Positions 32,701 through 44,500 of a DNA stretch of 50,699 bases are shown in pieces (within the stretch, counting starts at the first letter, position 1; every line of letters starts with the position of its first letter). Both the position numbers and the translations under genes were made by a program. This stretch comes from Catajapyx aquilonaris (taxonomy: Eukaryota). The DNA lies in the NCBI GenBank assembly GCA_000934665.2, contig KZ538728.1, forward strand, positions 1-50,699, in the 5' to 3' direction. The notes beneath the pieces were generated by a model that saw only the letters and a program-made list of their open reading frames with translations, was not told the DNA's origin and made no database searches.

Positions 32701-32909
32701 AAATTATTTGAATTCCACCCCCAAGCCATCACAGCTGTGATAATTTAGGGTGATAAGATGCTAACTAAGACACGGAATGATCATGTCATGCATTTTCCCA
32801 TATTTGGTAGTGAGTTCGGACAGCAGTAAGGCCTTTCGAGACTAGGATGCTTGTTCCCAACTCTCAACAAGTCCTGAGTCCAATTTCTCGATGAGATTAT
32901 GGAAGTTTC

Positions 32910-33000
32910 TTTTGTGGATTGAGTTTTGATGGGTTTTCTCCATGCCTGTGAGGGTTTTCTAGGGCATCTATATCCTGTTACTCTCAAAATCCATCAGCAG
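32910..33000 (+). mobile_element. Degraded V-domain SINE fragment
   Basis: GTGGATTGAGTTTTGATGGGTTTTCTCCATG...GGGTTTTCT...TCAAAATCCATCA aligns to 1211-1297. Confidence 0.6.
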
Positions 33001-34936
33001 TACAGTCAATGAATAAAGTTGGTTTATAAAAAAGATCCCCAAAGGCCCCCAAGTTGACCATATTACTATGTATACTGTGGCATGCTGACATAAAACAGAG
33101 TTCCAGTATACCTTGGGGGAGTTGGCTGGCAGTGTAAGGTGGGGTCAATTTTGAGATTCCTTCCTTTCCTGCAACATTTTCCAAAATTTATAAACAAAGA
33201 TTGGAATTCTAGGTTATAAAAAACTCTCAAATAGGTACGCATTTAGGTCCTGAAAACAAGCTCTTAAATAGGCACTAAAATTCAAGCAGGTCCTAATTTA
33301 TTTTTAGGCCCATTCAGTATTAGTATACGTATAGTAGTAGTATTAGTCCCATTACAGCGTACTCTTGGCCATGTAATTTTGCAACACAGCAACAAATTAG
33401 CAGTTGTTCCATATTTTAGTGTTTTTTATTCTTATTTGTTGGTGATGCCTGTGTGACAGTACAACTATTTACATGCTGAAAATGACCTTTCAATGCCACA
33501 CAAAGCAACTGGATCATTCTTGAAAAGTTAAATGTCTTGTGCAGCCAGTTCATCCGACATGTCTATATAGGCTACAGCTTCTTCGCTATTCACAGGTTGA
33601 AATGGGAGGGATGACTTGAACGGAAAACACGTAAAAACTGCCGAAAATATTACGAAAAGGCGCCAAAACGGCGTAAATAGATTAAAATAGGCATTTAGGT
33701 CCCAACGGCCCAAATAATTTTTTTTTGGTTTTATAAAATTACGATTTTTGAGGTCCTTGTGTTATGAAACAGATAGATATTTTATTTCTGATGTTCTGCG
33801 TACAAAATAAAAAGTAGGTAAAAACCTAGAAATCCATTCTTTGTTTATGAGTAAGGGACAAGCCACCAGAATGAGTTTATTACTTATAGGCACAATATTT
33901 AGCCATATTTTTGAGCTGCTTGTAAGTGATTGATATAGGTACTTTTTACTTTGTGTGGTGCAGGCAGTGTTTGGGATCTTCACAAATCACCAAAATAATG
34001 TGACTTTGCCAATTTTGAATGTACTGGGCTGCCATATCCTCCCGAGACCTGAGAAGAATTTTTTAACGCAATGTCAGTTCCTATTGCATTTTCTGAACAT
34101 GTTCCCAATAAGAAACGAGAAAAAATTTTAGTTTTAAAATATCGACAAAAATGGCGGCAAACAACCAATGAGAACATTAGGACCCAATTGGTGCTACAAA
34201 AGCAGAACGGATGAAAGCTGAAAATTGAAATACCACTTAATGGATCACTCACATAGTGCTCTATCCTCCAAACAATGTTTTTAAAATTTATTTGTGGTAT
34301 TCGTGGTAGCAATTCCTCTCAGAAGACAATTAAAGATAAATGAAATCATTTTTTAACGCCACCACTCCAGGGATGGGGCTTGCTCCTTCCCTTCTTACCC
34401 GCTGGAGTGGTACTTTGCTATTCTCGATTTTAAAACTGAATAGCAGAGTGCAAAGCCCACTTCCTTATGGGTGTATAGGTACAGGCACGTAAAGAAAAGT
34501 CACACCCATTCAGCTAAAAATGCCACTTTTCGGCTGTCCATTTAAATGGGCATTTGGTCTCAGGAAGAAAAGAAAATGACCAGTTCTCTACAGCAACAAA
34601 GATTGTCACAGAATCATCTTTTCGCAGTTCCTAAGACACATTCCTTGCGAATCCCAGGACATTCACTGCATTGCGAAAATCGCATTCTAAATATGAGTAA
34701 AAAAATAAAACTGATCAGATGAGCGCCTAGCTTCAGCAGCGGAATCCGCCATTTTGTCCGCGATTTAATTTTCGCGGCCCAAGCCAGATATTCGACGCTA
34801 GGTGGCTACAGCTATTGAGGCCAGATTGTAACCATGGGATACCAGCCTATTACAGTTCTGTTGGCATCACTGGTTGGCGCCAAAAAAATCTTTTGCTGAT
34901 GTTGACATATGTCGACACCAGGTCTCAGGAGGATAT

Positions 34937-35019
34937 TACTATATCGCTCAAAAAGATGGAGATGATTTTGGATTTGGTTTGAATGCAAAATCTTCTCCAT
35001 CTTCTTGAGCAGTATAGTA
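34937..35019. mobile_element. ~85-bp hairpin MITE, copy 3
   Basis: TACTATATCGCTCAAAAAGATGGAGA...TCTCCATCTTCTTGAGCAGTATAGTA. Confidence 0.7.
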
Positions 35020-35172
35020 GGCTTCATCAACAGAAAATTTCGGGAATTTTGAAGTTATTTATTTTTTGCAAGTAGGACATTTTAACTCTTAAAATTAATA
35101 TAATATTTAAATAACTAATACTAAAGTCTTGTCATCCCCAATTTTACTGTTATGCCTACTGTATCCTCCTAG

Positions 35173-35513
35173 CCAGCCCCCGGACACTTCCCCTACAATC
35201 TTATCGCCTGCCGGGGCGTTTTGCATGAGGTGCTCACCTGAGAGCGCCATGTGACCTTTCATGGAGCTATTACGTGGCGACCATACCGGACTACGCTGAG
35301 TGCTACATGCAGGCCCAACATGGCTGCGACCATGTTGGGTCCCCCAATGTAGCGCTTCCCTTTTGTACCTATAAAGTTCAGCGTAGTCTGGTATGGTCCC
35401 CACATAATAGCTCCATGAAAGGTCTCATGGCGCTCTCAGGTGAGCACCTCATGCAAAACGCCCCGGCAGGCGGTAAGTGGGAGTGTCCAGACCTTAATAT
35501 TCTAAGACCATGC
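35173..35513. mobile_element. CCA...TGG foldback element C (6-bp TSD TCCTAG)
   Basis: Left end CCAGCCCCCGGACACTTCC, right end GGGAGTGTCCAGACCTTAATATTCTAAGACCATGC; TCCTAG at 35167-72 and 35514-19; internal palindrome 35205-35472. Confidence 0.85.
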
Positions 35514-37128
35514 TCCTAGCAGACCCAAGATCCAAAGGGGCAGTCTCTTAACTGTCACCAGTTGTTTTAATAATGCACTTGCAGAAAAATCAAAGTACGG
35601 TACTGGTAATGTAACGTTTGTGTGTGTATTCCCCAAAAATGGTACTGCCCTCGAAAGGGGTGTCGTAAATAAATAAATAAATAAATATAACGTTTGTGTA
35701 AAGGTAGCGAATGGGATACATGGGGTCCCAACAACTACTTTCTAACCACAACTTGGGGAAAAAATTTCGAACCTGCATATGGTGAGGTATCACTGGTGAT
35801 ACTGGGGTCTGAGAAGGGTATACAGGGTAATACAGAAAAATATTGGAAATCACATTTTTAACCTAAATGTAAACTGAGGTAAAAATATAATTTCCTAAAT
35901 AATCAACAACACAATTTAGTCATGCTCATTTCCTGAGTCGTAAGATGAAAAATCCAAAATATATACGTTTAGAAGTAAATTTTTCAATATTCATCTCGTT
36001 CTTCTTCAATATATTGTAAGCTTTGTACCAACCCTGCAGGAAATAATATAGAAAATAGCTTTCTTTCCTATGTTGGATCATGTGTTAGATATGCAGTACA
36101 GGACTTTTTTGGTATTGTCGGGGTTGAGTGCCAAGAGCAAGGCAAGGATTACTGGGAGGAAAGGTGTAGGTGCAATTGAAATTTCTGACATATAGTCATT
36201 TTGTATTCCCTTGTGGGTGGGTAGTCTAGTGGAACTTCCACCTGAGACGAATCTCCCGATACTTCAACTTCACACGAATGACGAAAGGAAAGTCTGGCTT
36301 AGGAGCACTCTCAGGACCTTCCTATCTGCAGGGGCAAACATTACTCAAGAACCACTTTACCTCCACACTACACCAGGTAGGTAGCAGATTTATTTTCTTT
36401 ACAGTACAGTAAGTACCCGTTTTACGCCGTTAATTGATTCCAGCAACATAGCTGCGCAAAGTGAATCGGCTTAAAGTGAGACAAAATTATAATGTAAGCG
36501 AATGAGATTGGTTCCCAAATTTCCCCACAGACAGTACAGTGCCCGACACATTAGCAGTCCATAAATGTAAACAACGACGTTGGCGTTACCTGGCAACCGC
36601 GCCGTTCAGATATCATCATATGGAGGTTGCTTACAGTGTTCTTTCGATTATTGCCACTGTTTTCATGGAGCTAGTGACGTGGATGACCCAGTGACATGTC
36701 TCTGCCTGCTTACATAATACTCAGCCATACGCAGGGAAATAAAATGCCTGGTTATTTTTAATGCTGGTGTAGCAGCTTCATATGACCATATGCAAACATT
36801 GTTCAGGGTTTCTAAGGAGAAGTTATCGTGAACAATATTAAATTAGTTTGAAAATATGCAGAAAATTACTTCCAGTGATTTAGAAATATATTTATACATG
36901 CACTAGCTTGGCTTGCTCCAAATCATGTTTATGGGAAGCACTTCTTGCAATTTTTTACTAAATTGTCGGACTGATTGAGGATGATTGCCATGTGCAAGGA
37001 TTTCAGGGGTTCTGGATGGACAGGCACGCTAGGAAGCTTTTGATATTTTAATTCAATTTAATGTCATGTAATAACTCCTATAATTTATAAGTAATGGGAA
37101 GTAACCCTGCTTAATAATAAGCAGGTTA

Positions 37129-37468
37129 GTAGGGAGACGGAGTGGTGCTGCGGTAACGTATGCACCCACAGATGTTAAGATCCCGGTTCGATCCCATCCT
37201 GGGGACACCCCCTTCATCTCGTGCAGAGTTGGGTAGTCTTTCGCTAGACATATCCACCCGGGGAAGTTCACAAATTATGTACCGATACCATCTTGGAAAC
37301 TTTGCACTGCACATTGCACATCCCCTCTTGTCATCCTGCCTGTGAGCCCGGGCGATTCAAATTAATAGGCACCAAAAATGTAACACCGATCAATAAAAAA
37401 TAAATAAAGGTCAAAGTGCGTGTACCCAATGGGTCAGAAGCACTACCCACAATTATTATTATTATTTA
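37129..37468 (+). mobile_element. tRNA-derived SINE, second family, apparently full length
   Basis: A box TGGTGCTGCGG, B box GGTTCGATCCC, (ATT)n tail, 13-bp TSD AATAAGCAGGTTA at 37116-28 and 37469-81. Confidence 0.85.
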
Positions 37469-38315
37469 AATAAGCAGGTTAATGTCAAAAATATTTTATA
37501 CACAGCCCAGCCAGAGAAAGGCACTGATAATAATGACCTCAGAATGTCAATCTGTTAATTACTTAACTCTGAAGGAGGAAAGAGATCAGGTAAAGGTCAA
37601 CCATATCACTACAGTATCTACAAGTACTTCCGTTTATTGTCTTCACCTGGCTGCTTTCCTCACCATTAGGCAATGATTAACAGACTCGAATATTCACCAA
37701 AAGTGCTAACATATCAGCGCCTTTCTTGTGCTCGGGTTGCAATAAGGACTCTGACAGTTCAGTTGGAACAGCCTGTACAGTGTTCCAAGTATCCGGTTTC
37801 CTTTTAGTTATCCTAGTTGATGTTTTTGTGTAGCTTTTTGTGCCCCAATCTAGGCTCAATTATACTGTATAGCAGCTGCTATATTCGACCACAACTGGGA
37901 ATAGTTGGGCATGTGGATCATGGCGCAAAAAGCTACTCAAAAAGAACATCTTCGAGCAAAATGTACCGTAACTAAAAGGATCTGATTACTTGGAACACAC
38001 TATAATTTATGCACATGTTTCAATTATGTACAATTTAAATTAAAAGCAACTAAATTACCACTAAGTAAGCTTGAATTTGTGAAAAGCAATGCTGAATGGT
38101 GGGTGGGGGCGTTGTATGGGGGAAGTAGGTTATACTGTTTTACACCTAATTTGTCTGATAACGTGACCAACAGTGATTTTGTAACATTGATAATTTACAT
38201 AGAGTAAAGATTACTTCTCGTTGGCTTATGAATTGTGAATGCCTACACCTAATTGGAGATTTTCCTTAAAGTAACGTAGGCCTACAACAGGGCCTAAATC
38301 TCCAAGATATTAAAT

Positions 38316-38317
<2 letters not shown>

Positions 38318-38372
<55 letters not shown>
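38318..38372. repeat. (CT)n microsatellite
   Basis: Directly visible. Confidence 0.95.
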
Positions 38373-38374
<2 letters not shown>

Positions 38375-39343
38375 GCAGTTTCAGAAACTTTGAAGCCTTT
38401 GGAATCAATACTTGTATCATAGTTTGACATTCTCCCATAGCTATAAAAATAACAGACTCTGAAACTAGCAAGAAAAGTTGACCATTACAGTAATACTTCT
38501 AATTGGCTAACCAAATAATACCTGCAAAATAAACTATACCCTTATTCTCTAAAGGCTCTGAAATTAATTCTTGAAAGGCCTCCACACATTTAACTGTGTA
38601 GCGGGGAACCATTGTATTTTATCTTTCCATTAGGCTGCACCATTATTGAGCTAGGGCCTACTCGGGAAAAAGCGTTAGCATTATTTTTTGGTTTACACTT
38701 CGCTGTAGCCGAGCTTTTCTCATAGAGAAGCACTCTTATGCTCCTGGATTGTAATTCCCAAGAGCTTGCTTGGGGTGGTTTAATGTGATAGGGAAAAAAG
38801 GCGAGGGGGGGAAGGGAATGGCATTTGCTGCAAAGTTCCTATCGCAGCTGGGAAAACCTTATAATCATGCAACATACGGGGTGCAGTATCATGCTGCATA
38901 CATATTGGAATCTTTTCCGTATCGGAAACACCGGGTCCACACAGGCGAAGGAGGGGTGACGGGGAGGGTAAGTGCGATATCACAATGGACAGAATTTAGG
39001 GATTTTCTTTTCCTGCATGAGCTACAGTAGATTATTCAACCTGAGATGGAGACAAAGATGACTCAACTTTTCACATATGAGGTAGGGAAAGTCTGGACTT
39101 GGAATCGAACCTGTGACCTTAAGTATTGTAGTGTAAACATTTTCGCTGTGCCACTCCACAGATCCTGCAGATAATGACAAGGAAGGACCAGTTCTTACAG
39201 AACGCCTCGAAGTCGTGTTAATTAATATGTCCATTAACAGATTTGCAAATTCTAAACACACTGTTCGACAAGAGTATTATTATTTTCTCGGGTAATAATA
39301 TGTGTTCCCATAAGTTTTTTGTGACGCTAATTCCATATCAGTC

Positions 39344-39993
39344 AAGTAACCTGCTCAAAATGACCCGGTGACCACATTTTTAGTGGGGCAGAGGTCAACT
39401 CGTAAAATTCGGAAAACTCCTAATTCCCATTTTTGACGGATTCTTCAAGTAATGTTAATGGGAAATCATGACGTTTTGACGGTAGACGTGGTTCACCATT
39501 CAACACCATTAGACAGGAAATGTCATGAAATGTTCGAAATACCAAATCAGTTTATACCCAGAATGTGATGCTGACTACACTGTAAACCGCAAACCATTAA
39601 AAGAGCAGCACTAGTGAACCACCCGTGGTGCATCAATATTTAATGCTCTTGTAATGCTCTTGTGATTCTTTTTTGTTGCTAAAATGTCACAAGGGCATCA
39701 CCGGATAATCACAAGAGCATTAAAAATTGATCCACCACGGGAGGTTCACTAGAAGTGATGCTCTTTTAATGGTTTGCGGTTTACAGTGAAGTCAGCACAT
39801 TCTGGGTATAAACTGCTTGATATTTCGAACATTTCATGACATTTCCTGTCTAATGGTGAACCAGGTCATGATTTCCCATTAAAATTTAGTGAAGAATCCG
39901 TCAAAAATGGGAATGAGGAGTTTTCCGAATTTTACGAGTTGACCTCTGCCCCCCTCAAAAAGTGGTCACAGGGTCATTTTGAGCAGGTTACTT
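39344..39993. mobile_element. 650-bp palindromic foldback element with a CACTG...CAGTG (EnSpm-like) module at its centre (39578-39788)
   Basis: AAGTAACCTGCTCAAAATGACCC / GGGTCATTTTGAGCAGGTTACTT; GGGGCAGAGGTCAACTCGTAAAATTCGGAAAACTCC and its complement; inner CACTGTAAACCGCAAACCATTAAAAGAGC and its complement. Confidence 0.85.
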
Positions 39994-40139
39994 TAGGTGC
40001 GTTTTTTATCCCTTGGGGTGGGGTACCAATGTAGGCTACCGAATTTCAAGAAAATCGGTGAGTGGCACTTGGAAAGTGTCCCTTGTAAGCCGAAAATGCC
40101 TAAGATTTTCGCTTACGCGTACTCCGAAGATACGGACAA

Positions 40140-40435
40140 AATATTTTAAAAATAATAACAGCTACATTTACCCGTTCATGGAAAACACTATGAATGCGTT
40201 TGGACGAATTTTCATCGTCTAGAAGTCCCTAAATTAATTTCCAAAAAGAACGCTGCAGAGTATAGCTATACCGCCAGCGCAACGCCTATACTCTGAAGAT
40301 GAGGACAAGATATTTTACAAATAACATCAGCTATATACTTACACGTTCATGCAAAACACTATGAATGTGTTGGAAACGATTTTACTCGTCTAGAAGTCTC
40401 GAAATAAATTTTCAAAAAGATAGCTGTAAAAGCTT
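40140..40435. repeat. Two-copy ~170-bp tandem duplication
   Basis: ATATTTTA.AAATAA.A.CAGCTA...CGTTCATG.AAAACACTATGAATG.GTT...TCGTCTAGAAGTC occurs twice. Confidence 0.75.
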
Positions 40436-41221
40436 GAGATGCGAGTACTATACTCTGGTCTGACGGAGTGGTACATTCCTCTCGAGCTATGCTTTGCCCC
40501 TTACGTTCGTCTCTTCACTCGGTGAGGTTGAGGGGAGTCTACAACTCTCGGGAAAAGGCCATCTGGCACACACAGCTCGCCACACTGTTGCTCGTAAAGA
40601 TTCGCACAGGTCTCCTTGGAAACCACGCGGAAACAATACTTGATACCACCCACCTTTAAGGCTCTCTACACTCATCCACCCGGGTTTATTAATTAACGGC
40701 CATAAATGAGCAGGCTGCAGAAGAAACTTTGAAATACTCTGTACATGGAATTTATTGCGTTACAGATAATTACAAAAGCGGAACGAGCGAAAGAAAATGG
40801 CGATTTTAAACATGTAAAGTTAATCTCCTAGCGTTACAACGGCAACAGTGATTTTCGACAAAGTCAACAATTAATCAAGCAATGCCGAAATGTCCTCAAA
40901 TTCCACTGTTAGGACATGGTCGTACGTGCCACCCCACTGCAACTCCGTCTGTTTTTTCATATACGTGACCTTAGATCGACATATCAGTAGTTAGGTGGGG
41001 TGCCACTTCGCTTTAGTTTCGGCGCTTGGCCCGTTCCTTTAGTTACTGTAAGTCCCAGTCGGCACCACGGTTGAGGAGTGTTTTTGTATATACAGGGTGG
41101 TCGGTAAATGACGCACAAGCTTCATGTAGCGATATTCCTTGTGAAAAACCAGTATAAGGAAGTGAAGGTCTTATTGCTCTACAATGCCTGGTTAGAGCTC
41201 ATGAGGCCTCCAAAGTTATGA

Positions 41222-41583
41222 CCACGGTCATATAAGTAAGGTCTGGTCACTCCCACCCACCCCCTGCCGGGGCGTTTTGCAGCGGGCGCTCACCCGAGAG
41301 CGCCAGGAGTCATTTCCGGGGCCACGACATAGTGGCGACCCTACCGGACTAAGGCTGAACTTTATAGGTACGAAAGGGGAGGGGCTACATTGGGGGGCCC
41401 AACATGGCCGCCGGCGGCCATGTTGGGCCCCCTTCGTATCTATAAAGTTCAGCCTTAGTCCGGTAGGGTCGCCACTATGTCGTGGCCCCCGAAATTACTC
41501 CTAGCGCTCTCAGGTGAGCGCCCGCTGCAGAACGCCCCGGCAGGTGATAACGCCAGAAAGTAGTATAAGTGTCCGTGGGCTGG
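41222..41583. mobile_element. CCA...TGG foldback element D (6-bp TSD TTATGA), same family as C in opposite orientation
   Basis: Left end CCACGGTCATATAAGTAAGGTCTGGTCACTCCC, right end AAGTGTCCGTGGGCTGG; TTATGA at 41216-21 and 41584-89; internal palindrome CCTGCCGGGGCGTTTTGCA...GAGAGCGC homologous to C. Confidence 0.88.
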
Positions 41584-44500
41584 TTATGACCAAATCATGA
41601 CGTCACATCCGCCCGCGAAATTCAAACACTACCGTATCGCTCCTGCATGCGGTGCTTTGCCATGCTGACATCCCCAGGACATCCCCCACAGCTAAGGCAG
41701 CAGGAAAAGTGTGTAACGCTATCAATAAATTAATTTGTTACATGTGCTGCAATATTCAGGTACGGTACGAACTTTTATTTGCAAGCCACTCCTACCATTC
41801 CTCCAATCACCTCACCCATATTTTAAGAACATCATTATTTCACCTTACCATGTAATAAGAGTCTCAGCATTAATGCTTAAGGCCTCCCCTCGGAGAAATG
41901 CGATTCTGGAAGTTAAAAAATTACTTAGCGAAATAATTGCACGACGCTATTTTAAAGGTTCTGGCATATCTTATTCCCTTGACTCATGCCATGCCAACAT
42001 CACCTTCGCCCCCACCATCCATCCGGAGCCCTGATGCTGGAATTTGACATTTCCAATGAGGGCACCTTCCTGAAATTGCACATTTTCACTATCTGAATCA
42101 GCACGAGAGCATCATAATCTGTCTCCGGATGGCTAACGTATGAAGCAACCGCCAACCGGCATTACCATGCGTAACCACCATTTTCTTACACACGTACTGT
42201 ACAGTACATTACTCCTCTCTCTGGGTGTAACGTGGAACAAGGATCAGTATAACAAAGCAGAGCTGGAAGCAGAATAGAGACCCAAACACACACATTTGAG
42301 TTCATAACATTTAACTTGATCAGTCCTACCTTGAGTTTAAAATAACGCAGAAGAAACAGAACTAGTATGAAATACAGGGCGTAATAAATTTTGTTAGCTG
42401 CTGAAAGCAACTGCATGCATAATAATGATCCGCATGTAGTGCCATTTTTTTTTGCTGACAATAACAGACAGTTGCGTTTGGAACACCCTGTACCGCGTAT
42501 GAAAAAGGACAAAAGCTACAAATACCATAGGCTACTGCAACTCGTATGCAATTTTACCGTGCCCTAAATATTCCAGCAGTTCCCAACCGCCTGCCTGGTT
42601 TTATTGCCATTTTTTTCTTAGTCAACATGCCTCTCAACTGCGTCTACATATCCTATATAGTGGCCTGTAATTTGCATGCCAGCCCAGTAATGTAACCCTG
42701 AGTTTAGCGGACGAGTTTGGTGGGCGGTACAGGGGGGAACGCCGTTCATAGACGGTTTCGGAGTGATGAACTGTTTCGACTCTTTTTCCCATAGTGCCGA
42801 GTCATTGAAATGTGCTGGGCAAATGTGCATTTCAAACGAAAATGCTAATATGTCAGGAGCTGACTTTGCAGGACACGAGTGTAATTGAATATTTTCCAGT
42901 TACTGTGAAAATGTGTGACCAGTGCCCGGACAGCAGTATCATTACTCCATTTAATATCGTATTCAAATGGTCATGTCACCAGAGTGTATTTAAATTCTAC
43001 GTGCTTTTTCTGACGCACTATAAATACAGGGCCGAATTGGGCTTGACTATAAAATTTGATTCGCACGACCGCAAACTAACGCGCAAATATTACAACCGCA
43101 ATCTGTGCAATTTCATCCCCAGAAGCTTAATGGCTTATGCCGTTGTAATGATATTGGGTCTGCATGGCAACAGGATGTGTTCCAATTGCGCGCAAATAAT
43201 ACATTAATTTGACAGAGGACTAGGTTTTTTTTTTTTTTCCATTTCTGCGATTGTAGGCATATACTCGGACGTGCAACGTGCCACATGCAGACCATCCATA
43301 TATACCGCTGCTGGAGTTGAGCTTCTTCATCGCTGCTATAGAACGGCCATGCAGCTGTATAAGTGCATAGCAACAGGGATTATTTCAATCCGGCCGCGTT
43401 TCCCAACGCACCCACTAAATAATTTAACTGAGGGTGTATGAGCACCTGAACAACAATCAACTATTGTGCAAATATTGCGCGGAAATCCGTGCAATCTCAC
43501 CAGTTATGCAGTAAAAGCCGTGGCATAGCAACCTAGTCTGCATACGATTCTATTTTAAACCATCTGGCCTATAGTTTTCGTGCCTATTTTCCCCTCCCCC
43601 CCCCCCCTCTCAAGTCTGGATCAATGAGAACCCAGTGCAGCAGGTTATACTGTACAGTAGCTATATACGTGCAGTACAAAAAGCAACGTAGAACCAAAAC
43701 GAACGCAATTTTCCCAGCCCCCTCCCATCTCCATAGTTTATTTAATTTTTTTTGAGAGAGAGCCCATCACGTTTGAATGCGAGGCCTCGAAAATAACGAT
43801 GAACGGCTAGGGAAAATGCATTTTCTAGCATGATTGAGTTTATTTGCATTCTTCTATTGCATTAAAACCTCGTTAGAGCTGGCAGCATGCGAATGAAACT
43901 TTAAAGGGTATTATTGGCGTATTTATTCCGTCGGAAAAAAATAAACAAATGGGGGCAAGTTTTAATCACAGAGACTTTACCTCGGAAGAGCTGAGGGAAC
44001 GTCAAAATCTGATTGCTTTTCAGTATCGTAATTGGGAGGTCTTGAGCCCAGGGAAGGAGATAAAGATGAGGCCCAGATTTTGGGGGAAAAGTGCGGCTAT
44101 TTACATGTAAAGGCGAGAAGTTGGCTGCCGTTAGAACGCCCGCAAATTGCCCATTCGGTGGTAAAACGCAGTCCAGATACGAGAAATGACTTACAAGTTC
44201 CGCCACATTTCTTTGCAATTCAAATTAGGTGCCCTAATTTCCATCGTTCTTTTCCCTCCCTTTTTTATACGGAGGTCTTCAAGGTGGTCGTATAGTTCAA
44301 TTTTGAATAATCTGCCGAGACAGGTTGAATAGAGGAATATTTGGGTAGATTGGATGTATCGATTGGTGGGCGAAATTTAAGAGTTGACATTCATTGAATT
44401 CGTTTTGGAAGGCACGTATAGCAAATGTAAAATATGACGCTACTTTTTTTTTTTCCTCGTGCAGAATACTGCATACCGGCGGTGCTTTTTTTTTCTTTTT

